DNA of 64,000 nt from Octopus vulgaris (Eukaryota), in assembly GCA_951406725.2 (NCBI GenBank), contig OX597831.1:23436001-23500000 (forward strand). The letters run 5' to 3'. Below are positions 13,037 to 24,336 of the stretch, piece by piece; the first letter of the stretch is position 1, and each line of letters opens with the position of its first letter. The notes beneath the pieces were generated by a model. That model did not search any database. It saw only the letters and a list, made by a program, of their open reading frames with translations, and was not told where the DNA came from. A program made the position numbers and the translations under genes.

Positions 13037-13109
13037 GCCAGCTATGAGACTCGAACTCACATCTCCATGATTACGCATCATGGTGCTCTGATCCATTAAG
13101 GTAAACTGC
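13037..13109 (-). pseudogene. tRNA-like sequence (Thr-CGT-like pseudogene or isolated SINE head)
   Basis: Minus strand: anticodon arm catga-tgCGTaa-tcatg and T arm gtgag-ttcgagt-ctcat. Acceptor stem and D arm are imperfect, and position 33 is G rather than U. Confidence 0.6.
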
Positions 13110-13354
13110 TCACACTACAAATTCTTCCACGAGTTTAAGATATATAGAAATCTTGCTTTATGAAACGCTATCATAAATTAAATTCAAATTACAATGAACG
13201 TAAACAAACAAACAAAGTTTGCTTTAGAAGCATTGAGATGTCTTACAATGAATCTTATCTGACCCATGAGAGCATAGAAAAATGGATGTTAAATTATACT
13301 AATGATGAGTGGAAATGCTTCTGTCAATTTTGCTTGAGAAACTAAAGTTATGAT

Positions 13355-13750
13355 ATTATTTACATTGGATGGATATGTATCCTCATCTTGTTTGTTGTCA
13401 CCTTGGCGTTTCGCCTGATTTTCCCTCTAGCCTTCATCAGGTGTCCTGATAGAATTTTGAACCCAGCCCTGGGTTCTCATTCCTAAGGCATTTTTTGCTG
13501 ATGCTATCATTATTATTATTATTATTATTTATTCAAGGGACTGTCTGAAATTGAATAATAATAATAATAATAATAATAGCATCAGCAAAAAATACCTTTG
13601 GGTTCAAAATTCTACCAGGACACCTGATAAAGCCTGGAGAGTAAATCAATTGAAACACTGTGGTAACAACAAAAAAGATGAAGACACATATCTGTCCAAT
13701 GTAAATAATGTAAATAATGTACAGAATTTCTCATCTCTAAAATATAGAAC
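13355..13750. mobile_element. Second head-to-head inverted pair of the 4098-4462 family; both HHRs decayed
   Basis: Arms 13355-~13535 and ~13551-13709 are reverse complements. Minus arm gacac-CTGATGA-a-ggcta...caggc-GAAACgcc; plus arm gacac-ctgataa...tgaaacactgtggt. Confidence 0.8.
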
Positions 13751-13834
13751 AATACAAGACAATGGCATTAGTAAACAAAGCTCTCAAAAATTCTTTCATG
13801 GTTATAATAAAATAGATGACTTTATCTAGGAAAT

Positions 13835-14172
13835 TAGTCCACGTGAATTTGAAGCCTCTGCCACAGACAGATCAGCATGGAGATCTCTCAGCTCATGAGC
13901 AGCGGGTCTCTTTGAAGAGAACCAGTGAAAGTGTCTCAATGTTGCAAGGGAAAGAGACATCCCAGGGCAGCATCCACCTCATTAGCAGCAGGTACCTTCG
14001 AAGAGGAGACCAGTGACAGCGTCTCACAGCATCCACCTCATTCCTGTCAACAGACTATCACTGTGATATCTGTGGATGCCTGTGTGCTCCCTGCTTTGGA
14101 CAGCAGACTCACAAGCACTGTCATTACTGGGAACACAGATTTTGTAATCATCAGACACCGATGAACTACCAA
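13835..14172 (+). mobile_element. RTE-clade LINE 3' remnant (pseudogenised)
   Basis: Manual translation gives PREFEASATDRSAWRSL...FEE (with stops), then DYHCDICGCLCAPCFGQQTHKHCH. This resembles the A.DR..WR motif plus C-terminal C2H2 finger of RTE ORFs. Confidence 0.7.
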
Positions 14173-14346
14173 CACCTAGGACAAGAGTGTGGGATTTATT
14201 TAGTATCTGAGTAAAATCCTACAGGGGTTGCAGCTGTGCTGAGAAAAATAATGGATCTTTAATTTTAGAAATTTGTATTTATTTAATCTATATTAAATAT
14301 TTAACATGCGTTATTCATTTGGTATTAAGCTATAGAATAGGTGTAT

Positions 14347-14498
14347 GAGTGGCTGTGTGGTAAGTAGCTTGCTTATGAACCACATGGTTCCAGGTTCAGT
14401 CCTACTGCATGGCACCTTGGGCAAGTGTCTTCTACTATAGCCTCAGGCCTTGTGAGTGGATTTGGTAGACGGAAACTGAAAGAAGCCCGTCGTATATA

Positions 14499-14546
<48 letters not shown>

Positions 14547-14768
14547 CGTGTGTATATGTTTGTGTCTGTGTTTGTCCCCCCTCAACATCACTTGACAACC
14601 GATGCTGGTGTGTTTATGTCCCCGTCACTTAGTGGTTCGTCAAAAGACACCGATAGAATAAGTACTAGGCTTACAAAGAATAAGTCCGAGGTCAATTTGC
14701 TTGACTAAAGGCGATGCTTCAGCATGGCTGCAGTCAAATGACTGAAACAAGTAAAAGAGTAAAAGAGT
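14347..14768 (+). mobile_element. SINE family A, near full length, with internal (TA/TG)n
   Basis: Head gagtggctgtgtggtaag...ggttcagtcc, CORE-like ccttgggcaagtgtc, microsatellite, then tail ending aagtaaaagagtaaaagag. Confidence 0.9.
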
Positions 14769-15495
14769 ATAAGATTTCTTTTCAATATGAGTTCTTAGGG
14801 AACTTTACTAGAGAGTAATTCAAATTTTTATGTGGGTTACTTTTGCCAGGGAGGGTTTCCCCATATTTGATGTATGAGATATACAGTTGGCTTGATTAAT
14901 TGATTGGTCTTGATTTCAGATATATGACAGATTGGATATCATTTCATTGTTTCGTCTCTGTCCCCCACTGTCTATCTGTCTCCATCCCCCTTTTTCACCT
15001 CTCTCACTCTGTGGATAGTTCCCAAAGCTCACAAATCTATTACCTGTCAGCAATAAGTTTTCCATTGTGTTCCGAACTATAAATTGTGATGGACTGGTAT
15101 ACTATACAGACAGATATCTCTATCACATTTGTTTAAAACCATAGAACCAGCAAGCTGTTAAAGGAATTGCTATTTTGTCAATACATCTTGTAAGTCTAAG
15201 CAATAACACTACCATGAACGCAAACAGCATCAAATAAGATGTAGCAAATAGTAGCAAATCTCTTTTAAATCAAAACCTGTTTTTAAAGAGGAAGAACACA
15301 TTAGATGATGTAGTGAAGCAACACTGCTTTAGAATAAAGAAATAACTAGAATGGATCACAAAATCAAATCTCATTTGGAGCTAATCAGTGAAGACATCAA
15401 AACCTCATGGCATTAATGGTATAATTGAGAAATGAACTTCAACTGAAAACTCAAACTAAGATACAACCTTACCATCTTTTCTTTTTATTCTACAC

Positions 15496-15650
15496 CAGTG
15501 GTTCTCAACCGGGGTCCATATGGCCCTGGGGGTGGGGATGGGGTCCATGTAAGATTTTAGCGGTAAAATTTATCTGCAATAAATTAGTTATACATCAACT
15601 AGACACAAAATATTGTAATTTTTTTAATACAGTTCCTAATAATATTTGAT
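15496..15650 (+). mobile_element. hAT-like MITE end (single terminus)
   Basis: Starts cagtggttctcaaccggggtcc, a typical hAT/Charlie-type terminus. No partner TIR found. Confidence 0.4.
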
Positions 15651-15667
15651 TATAAAAAGACAAGTGT

Positions 15668-15823
15668 AGGAGTGGCTGTGTGGTAAGTAACTTGCCTACG
15701 AACCACATGGTTCTGGGTTCAGTCCCACTTTGTGGCATCTTGGGCAAGTGTCTTCTGCTATAGCCTCGGGCCAACCAAAACCTTGTGAGTGGATTTGGTA
15801 GATGGAAACTGAAAGAAGCCAGT

Positions 15824-15825
<2 letters not shown>
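15668..15825 (+). mobile_element. SINE family A head
   Basis: Matches the head of 14347 and ends in (TA)n. Confidence 0.88.
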
Positions 15826-15870
<45 letters not shown>

Positions 15871-15955
15871 AAACCACTTGCAGCGTGGAAGGTGTTTATA
15901 AACCACTTAAGAAACACACAAAAGCCGTTCGATTCACTTCAACATTTAAGTTTAA

Positions 15956-16005
15956 TTTGTCAAAATATTTTCGGCGCTAAAATCCGCGACCTGTTCACTG
16001 ACAAA
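15956..16005 (-). ncRNA. Hammerhead-like motif with G3:C8-swapped core
   Basis: Minus strand: tttgtca-GTGAACA-ggtcgc-ggatttta-gcgcc-GAAA-atat-TT-tgacaaa, with a perfect 7-bp helix I. Confidence 0.7.
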
Positions 16006-16052
16006 GTCCGTGCTGCATCACCGTGCAGTCCGTGCTGAGATGCAGCATGGAC

Positions 16053-16102
16053 TTTGTCAGTGAACAGGTCGCGGATTTTAGCGCCGAAAATATTTTGTCA
16101 AA
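16053..16102 (+). ncRNA. Hammerhead-like motif with G3:C8-swapped core (mirror copy)
   Basis: tttgtca-GTGAACA-ggtcgc-ggatttta-gcgcc-GAAA-atat-TT-tgtcaaa, with one mismatch in helix I. Confidence 0.65.
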
Positions 16103-16242
16103 TTAAATTTAAATGTTGAAGTGAATCTAACGGTTTTTGTGTGTTTCTTAAATGGCTTATAAACACCTTCCATGCTGCAGTTGTTTTCGTTTCAGCACAC
16201 GATCTCAGATCAAATTACTTGCTATGCGAGTACATCTCCGTA

Positions 16243-16273
<31 letters not shown>

Positions 16274-16657
16274 ATGCTGTTTGGTTTCCACAGAGCAGCT
16301 TAGAAATAGACTATCCGATAACTACAGCCACAACACATAGACATCTGAAATTAACTTTATATATGGATATATTTCTAGCGTTGTTATCGAACAATATTAG
16401 CATTATAACCACCATATTGAGATATGTATCTGAAAGATGGAGATCTCATAAATAAAGCATTTATATCCTCCCTGCAAAGATGTAGATCTTACAATCGTAA
16501 AAGTAATAACTCTCGTACAGAGATATAGATCTTACAAATATAGCAGTTACGACTACCACACAGGGGTGTATGGTTGGTAAATAAATGCAGGAGTTATAAT
16601 CTCTGTCAGAGATATGGAATTGCTAAGTATAAGAGTTATAACATATATTATAGGCAT

Positions 16658-16866
16658 AGGAGTGGCTGTGTGGTAAGTAGCTTGCTTACCAGCCATATGG
16701 TTCCAGGTTCAGTCCCACTGCATGGCACCTTAGGCAAATCTCTTGGGCAAGTGCCTTCTACTACAGCCTCGGGCCGACCAAAGCCTTGTGAGTGGATTTG
16801 GTAGATGGAAACTGAAAGAAGCCCATCATATATATATGTATATATATATGTGTATATATATATATA

Positions 16867-16925
<59 letters not shown>

Positions 16926-17132
16926 ATGTTTGTGTGTCAGTGTTTGTCCCCCCAACATCACTTGACAACCAATGCTGGTGTGTTTACGTCCCCGTAACTT
17001 AGCAGTTCGGCAAAAGAGACCGATAAAATAAGTACTAGGCTTCCAAAGAATAAGCCCTGGGGTCGATTTGCTCGACTAAAAGTCAGTGCTCCAGCATGGC
17101 CACAGTCAAATGACTGAAGCAAGTAAAAGAGT
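16658..17132 (+). mobile_element. SINE family A, full length
   Basis: Colinear with 14347-14768 and 58396-58815, with a short internal duplication of cttgggcaa. Confidence 0.9.
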
Positions 17133-17359
17133 AAGTGATATGAATCCAGCAAACACACAAATGGAATTTTAACATTGTTATTATTGTTGTCTAGAACCAG
17201 TTAGCTCAAGTAAAGCTGGTTTTTGTACTTAGAAATTATAACCAAATATTAGGGTGCAATCTATTAGCACAAGGCTCTAGAAATACTGCTATAATGGATG
17301 GCAAGGATTACGATATCAGGAGAATATCATCTTCTTCCATTATCTCTTTTTGTTCTTTG

Positions 17360-17771
17360 TGTAGTTCAGGCTCTGGCAAGCGAAGAGAGAAGACTTCAAG
17401 TACAAATGCAATTTACAACTGATTTATTTACAGGATTCACAGGATAGGTGAAGTGTGCTGCTCTCAGCAACCATCTTTAGCTGTGTGCATTGTGTAGTAG
17501 CTCCGTTTGTGCAGGAACTTTGCCTCTGGAGGCACAACATGCAGACAGGCCCAGCCAATGTAGTGTGCTCAGCCAGCACTGCTGCTAAGAGACGGAAAGA
17601 GAAGCTGAATCTGTTTCTGTTTTTCCCTTATATACAGTTTGCCATCGTGAGCCTCGTTGTGATCTCGCGCATGACAAATGGATGCAAGTGAGGTCTCGCT
17701 CCAGTCTCGAAGATGGCAATGGCTGCCACAAGATCTCATCCAATATGGCGCTGACTGCTTGTGCCGCTACT
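17360..17771 (-). mobile_element. Probable solo LTR
   Basis: ~410-bp GC-richer island with tgtag.../...ctac termini. Minus strand has a TATA (tatataa, ~17630) upstream of AATAAA (~17425). Terminal CA is imperfect and no TSD was seen. Confidence 0.45.
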
Positions 17772-17774
17772 CTA

Positions 17775-18480
17775 CTCTTTCACCTAGTTGAGGTTCACAC
17801 AGTGTTTTACGAAGACAGGAGCTGTGCCAAATGTGGCCGTGCTATAATGGATCCTTGCAGAACTACAATTGGATAATTCTAGTACCTGTATGCATTGTAT
17901 ATTGCAAAGGCTTAGTAACTTAAAAATCTGGGGCGATCTGTGGGTGCAGGGTTCTAGTCATACTATTTTCTTACCTAGCTGAGGCTTACACTATGTTTTG
18001 TGAAGACAGGAGTTATGCCAAAAGTGGTCATACTATAATGGATCCTTGCAGTACTTCAGTTGGATAATTGTAGTTCCTGTATGCATGGCATATTGCAAAG
18101 GCTTAGTAACTTGAAAAATTTGGGTGCAGGTTTCTAGTCATACTGTTTCCCCACCTAGCTGAGGCTTACACTATGTTTTGAGATGACAGGAGTTATGCCA
18201 AAAGTGGTCAAGCTATAATGGATCCTTGCAGTACTTCAGTATAGTTCCTGCATGCATTGCATATTGCAAAGGCCAAGTAACTTGAAAGATTTTGGTGCAA
18301 TCTATCGATGTAGGGCTCTAATCCTTGTTTTTCCACCTAGCAGTGGTTTGCATTGTGTTTTGTGAAAGCATGAGCTTAGCAAAAAGTGGTGGAGATATCA
18401 TACATCCTTGACGTGCTTCATTTTGGCTAATTATAATTCCTGTATGTATCATATATCGTAAAAGCTTAATAGCTTGTAAG
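17775..18480. repeat. Tandem repeat, ~180-190-bp unit, ~4 copies
   Basis: acctag anchor at 17782, 17973, 18153 and 18335; shared ctataatggatccttgcag...atattgcaaagg. Confidence 0.9.
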
Positions 18481-18984
18481 ATTACTCGACAGCCAATGTT
18501 TTATGCTGTTCAGTGTTTAGCATTTTTTATATGTCAGTAACAGATAATGGCATGAAAATTCTCTATTGATCATACTTATACTAGTAAATGTTGGTAAATG
18601 CTGGAGATGTTTGAGAATCCAGTTCCAAACTATCAATCTAGTTGTCTCATTCAATTTCAGTGTTGTTTAGAACATTGCATGTTCTCTGTCAGACTTTATA
18701 TATCAGTGCAGAAGTGAAATAAATCATCTGGTCTTATAGATTTGGGGATTAGTAGATGAGAAAAATTAGGTAAAACAGCAGCAGAGCATAGGAGTTAATT
18801 CTATATATAAGAAAGCATTTCTAGTTCTAAAAGATTCTAGACTCAATGGCATGTTGTGTAATCTTCCCAAAATATCTTAAAGAAAATCTAGGTAAGAGCA
18901 TTGCACAGAAAATTTTTAATCTACGACCTAAATTTTTATGGTGCTAAGCATCATCATCATCATTATTATCATCATCATCATAAC

Positions 18985-19023
<39 letters not shown>

Positions 19024-19423
19024 AACCATCATCATCATTATATTTACCTGTTATTTATTTATTTATCATAAAACATGAGATGGTGTTGGAAGAGTAAATA
19101 GTGGAAAAGTTCTACTGTTTAGCTATGATCTTTTATATTCTGAGTGTAAGGATTTGATTTTTATCCGTTTTTTGGCAATTAAATATCAGTCAAATTGTTG
19201 TGGCTGATTAAATTAGTTACCAGTTCTGATTCCAAAATTCCGAGGCTTATAGTGAAGTAAAAAAATTATCAACATCAATAGTAAATAAGGATGAGGTTAA
19301 AGTGGTCGACAACTGAACACATAAGGGTATGAGTAAACTAAGATGCAATGGTTGGGAGTTACCACGTGGGCCTAGACATATAAAGAACAAAAAAAAAGGA
19401 AAAATATAGAGACTAATTTCAAC

Positions 19424-19740
19424 CTGGCTCAGTGGTTAAAATGTCAGGCTCACAATCATGAGGTAGTGAGTTCAATTCCTGGACTGGGAGGTGTGTTGTG
19501 CTCTTGGGCAAGACACTTTATTTCACATTGTTCCAGTTCACTCTGCTGTAGAAATGAGTTGTGATGTCACTGGTGCCAAGCTGTATCAGCCTTTGCCTTT
19601 CCCTCACATAACATCGGTGGCATGGAGAGGGGAGGCTGGTATGCATGGTTACTGCTGGTCTTCCATAAACAACCTAACCTAAACTTATACCTTGGACGGT
19701 AACTTCCTAGGGGCAATCCCATGGTCATTCATGACCAAAG
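19424..19740 (+). mobile_element. SINE family B
   Basis: Colinear with 1197-1501. Followed by minus-strand head fragments at 19741-19805 and 19822-19962. Confidence 0.88.
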
Positions 19741-20168
19741 TCTGTCCAGGGATCGAAACCCTAATCTTATGGTCGTGAATCCCATACCCAATCCACTAAG
19801 TGATGTGCCTCCAGTAGTGGTCTTCATTTCTACAGCTGAGTAGACTTGAGCAACATGAAATGAAGTGCTATGTTCAAGAACACAACATATCACCTGGTCC
19901 AGGGATTGAAACCCCAATCTTACGGTCGTGAGTCCACCCTAACAACTAAGCTACATGCATCCACATTGTTAAGATACAAAATCACAAATTTCTTTGGACT
20001 GTAGAGTGGGCTGCACAGATAAAAGGCTCCAAGTACCTTTGAGGTATAGGACACACTGCACTGATAGAATGCCATAAATTTTGGTAGTATATAGCTGGGC
20101 TGTACAGATACAAATTTTTTTGGGGTGTAAGGTGGGTTGTACAGACAAATGGTCACAAGTATTATTAA

Positions 20169-20693
20169 CCCCTTGATGCCAGTATTACCCGAAGCATGCG
20201 AGACACTACTCCGTTTTTTTTTTTATCTAATGAGGGCCACACAAACACAAAAGTGCCAACGAGCTTGTGTCTATTTACGTTCACCGTTACAATAACATAG
20301 CGTCGTACATTTACGTCTACCGGTTTATGAAAATGAACCATGTGAAGCTATTTATCATAATATGATATGCACAAGTTATTCTGCTCAAGTTAAAAAAATA
20401 GCTTGCGAATGGTACAACTCAAAACACGGTTTTATGCAAGTAAAGTATCCGCATGTCATTGGTCTACTGCTAGTCTCATGACTTGAACGTAACCTAAAAT
20501 AGCTAAGATAATGTATGGGACGGCGAGCATGCACACCTCAAGAGATAAAGTACATTATAGTGAACGTAAACATATGTCAGCCGCTAAAAAGTCCTTGATA
20601 GATGTAGGGCAGTTCTACATCATATATTTTTGTTAAGCGTGGGTAGGCAAGCAAAAGTGTGATCGCATATTTGCATCAACTGTTGTTAAGGGG
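20169..20693. mobile_element. piggyBac-like non-autonomous element with TTAA TSD
   Basis: ttaa|ccccttgatgccagt ... actgttgttaagggg|ttaa. It interrupts a degenerate tandem repeat (19975-20164, 20698-20800). Confidence 0.8.
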
Positions 20694-21347
20694 TTAAGGT
20701 ATAGGGGCCACCGTGTAGACACATTGTAAAAAATTTCGGTAATTTATGGGCTGGTTGTGTAGATAAAAAATTTCTTTTGGGGGTTGGGGTTTAGGGTGTG
20801 CTGCAGTGAATTTAATTGACTTCAGTACTTGACTGATTAAGGATTTATTAGCCCCCACTTTGCCCTGAAGATTTGAAAGGTAAACAGAATTCTGACAATT
20901 TCAATCCAAACACAACTATAAGAACATAACTAAATTCCAGCAAGACTTAAGCAATCAAATGCTTCTGAGAGTCAACCACCATAAAAACAACAGCAACAAC
21001 AACACTAAAGATTTCTTCAATTAAGAACAGTAAAAGGTTGAAATATACAAAAAAAAAATAGACAAAGAAAACAAACAAGAAACAGCAGTGGATTTACTTC
21101 ATGTAAAGGACCATATACACAGAGCAGGTCCATGTAGCCATGACAATGAATCTACTCTAAACGTACAGCTGTATAATCAATAAATAACGACAGTTGGTCA
21201 GTGTCAGATTTAAGAAATTATATTTGTTTAAACGTTTTATGTATCTTAGAGTAAAGTAGATCTATTGAAATTTAATCTTTATTGATTGTCACTCCTTCAA
21301 TTTGACTTTTGTTATCTTGCTTATTATTATTATCATTATTATTACTA

Positions 21348-21529
<182 letters not shown>

Positions 21530-22431
21530 GTTATTATTATTATTGTTATCGTTAATGCATTTTAAACCCCCTTGACTTACATCCTTCTCTGCTGTTGTAT
21601 GAAGAAGGGTGAGGTGCTCATGCCAGATTATATAAGACTCATATGCTGGAGGTTGAGGGTGGGTTAGTGTTTCCGTTTTAAATCTCTTACAAACACAGCT
21701 GTGTGCACAGCTTTCTTGATGCAGTACTTTGAAATAAAACCAGGAGATGGGATTTTCATGTTGTCTTTTACTTCGTATCGCTTCAGTTTCCCCCTCTGAT
21801 CATCAAGATCAGATCAGATCATATGAAAAACAAAACAAAACAAAAAAAAAACAATTGCGAAGAAAATAAAGAAGAAAGGAAGAAACTTTCACTAGCTTCT
21901 TCTATCTTCCCTTTGTCTTTTTTTCCCATTCTTATCATGAACCTCTTGACCTGTAGCTCTTTCGTGATGAAGTCAGTCAAGATTAATTAAACTGATAAAG
22001 CAATCAGAACATTGGCAATATTCCAAATTATCTAAACAAATTTCTTTTGACTGGACAACAACAGGTCTCATTTATGTTGTGTGTATATGTGTATATATGT
22101 GTGTTTGTGCGTGTAAAAGTGAGAGAGAGGTGGGTGAAATATTGTGCTGCTTAGTTTGGATTTTTCTTCAGGTTCCAGTCCAGTTTCACAAGTATCTTCA
22201 AGGTATAGAATGCACTGCACAGACACACTGCTATAAATTGCCATAGATTTGCAGGGTCCTGTGCACCTTTTGAGTTTGGAGTTGGTGCTTTAAAAAATGC
22301 AATGAGTATCTTCTGTATAAAGTGGTAGACGTTAGGAAGGTACCCAGCTGTAGAAATCGAGCTGAAATAGAATGAACAAGTGAGATGGTGCCCATCAATG
22401 TGTTTAAGTGGTCAGTAACATAAAATGAGAT

Positions 22432-22577
22432 CCCAGTGTTTCACTGGTACTTAAATTATTGACCCTGAAAGGATGAAATGCAAAGATGACCTCAGCAGAA
22501 TTTGAACTCAGAACATAGTGACAGGTGAAATAACGATAAGCATTTCGTCTAGCATGCTAACAATTTTGTCAGCTCAC
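22432..22577 (-). mobile_element. SINE family D (tRNA-like head)
   Basis: Matches 49087-49260 and 54937-55143 (ttctgagttcaaattctgctgaggtc...ctttcatcctttc). Other fragments at 27780-27936, 32725-32880 and 50495-50661. Confidence 0.75.
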
Positions 22578-23840
22578 ATAGTAAGAAGTTTTCTTCCAAA
22601 ATACATGGTCTCAATTCAGTTCCACTGTGTGGCACCTTTAGCAAATGGCTTCTACAATAGCCTCAGGTCAACCAAAGCCTTATAAGTGGATTTGGCAGAC
22701 GGTAACTGAAAAAAACATGCCATATATATGCATATACATACATACATACATATATATCATCATCATCATCGTTTAACATCCACCTTCCATGCTGGCATGG
22801 GTTGGACGGTTTGACTGAGGACTGGTGAGCCAGAGGCTGCACCAGGCTCAATCTGATCTGGCAAAGTTTCTACAGCTGGATGCCCTTCCTAACACCAACC
22901 CCTCCAAGAGTGTAGTGGGTGCTTTTACATGTTACTGGCACGAGGGCCAGTCAGGTGGTTCTGGCAATGACCACGCTCAAAAGGTGTTTTTACATACTAC
23001 CGGCCTGGGAGCCAGTCTGGCAACACTGGCAATGACCACACTCAAATTTTGCTTTGCACGTGCCATTGGCACATGTGCTGGTGAGGCGATGCTGGCAATG
23101 ATCATGCTCGAATGGTGCTTTTCACATGTCACTGGCACAGGAGCTAATCCGTGGCCCTGGCAACAATCACGCTTGGATGTGCTTTTAACGTTCCACTGGC
23201 ACAAGTGCCAATCAGGCAGTACTGTCATCGGCCACGTCAGCAATTTTGATTTATTGCCTCAATAGGTCTTCACAAGCAAAGTTCCTTGTCCAATGAATGA
23301 GGGGTACTCGTAAATGGGCTGGTTACTCCCCCACATTTGGATGTGCTTTTAACGTTCCACTGGCATGAATACCATCAGGCACTTCAGCGATTTTGATTTT
23401 GATTTCACTTGCCTCAACATATATATATATATATATATAATCAGCTGAAATTGCGAGGATGATCCGGTTCTTGACTGAAGATTAGAGGCTTTGAATGACC
23501 CGTCTGTTTTTTGTGTCGTCTATTTGAGTGTTTTGTGTTCTTGTCCGATTTTGTATTTTTATATATATTTTTTATACATATATATATATATACATGTATG
23601 TGTGTGTTTGTGTCTGCATTAGTCTACCGCCACGACCACTTGACCACTGGTGTTGGTGTATTTATGCCCCTGTAAATTAGCGGTTTGGCAAAAGGGTCTG
23701 ATAGAATATGTGGCAGGCTTTACAAAATGTTAAAAGTACTGGGGTTGATTTGTGAGACTAAAACCCCTCAAGGTGGTGCTCCAGCATGGTCACAGCCAAA
23801 TAACTGAAACTGAAACAAATGAAAAATAAAAGATAAAAGA
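22578..23840 (+). mobile_element. SINE family A whose internal microsatellite hosts nested insertions
   Basis: Head 22578-22720 and tail 23610-23840, separated by a family C copy (22757-23410) and a short module at 23436-23565. Confidence 0.7.
22757..23410 (-). mobile_element. SINE-like family C, long copy with ~6 tandem subrepeats
   Basis: (cat)n tail and family C core, then repeated gtgcttttacatgt(c/t)actggcac...ctggcaatgaccacgctc units. Confidence 0.85.
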
Positions 23841-23878
23841 TTCTTTGTGTGTGTGTGTGTCTTACCATTTCTATCAAT

Positions 23879-23933
<55 letters not shown>

Positions 23934-24022
23934 AAATTGAATAAGGGTAGAAATTGATATTAATCAATTAAAACCAGTGGCCTAGCATCTTAAAAAAATC
24001 CAAAGATGAAAATATTTTTTAC

Positions 24023-24180
24023 ATACAAAATTTAAAGGACTGACCACTAAAAGTGGACAGTCAATATGCTAGATATAGACGTCAAAATCACTATTTTCTT
24101 CGTGGAAAATAGCGATTTTAATGTCTATATCTAGCATATTGACTGTCCACTTTTAGTGGTCAGTCCTTTAAATTTTGTAT
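24023..24180. repeat. Inverted repeat (76-bp arms, 6-nt loop) inside (TA)n
   Basis: 24023-24098 vs 24105-24180, three mismatches, loop ttcgtg. Confidence 0.93.
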
Positions 24181-24296
24181 ATATATACATATATATATAT
24201 ATATAGACTTATATATACATACAAATGACTTCTTTATTAGGATGCTTGTCTCCAGTATACATCTTTAATTCATCATTTCTATAATGCAAAAATATT

Positions 24297-24336
24297 CTAA
24301 TCTCATACCTTTTTCTATCATCTTTTGCAGGTAAGG
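24297..24336 (+). promoter_or_regulatory. Candidate recursive splice site (3'ss fused to 5'ss)
   Basis: Branch-like ctaat, pyrimidine tract, then cag|gtaagg. No other AG between 24256 and 24328. Confidence 0.45.

Larger units (their letters stand above)
15879..16179. repeat. Long inverted repeat (~141-bp arms, 19-nt loop), PLE pseudo-LTR-like, inside (TA)n
   Basis: 15879-16019 is the near-perfect reverse complement of 16039-16179. The module extends to ~16243 and has (TA)n on both sides. Confidence 0.92.

Noticed and set aside
23974-24073. HDV-like reading of the CCACUGG motif (P1' ggccact followed by GG)
   Set aside because: No P3/L3 directly before P1' and no P4-CRA-P2 ending could be found.
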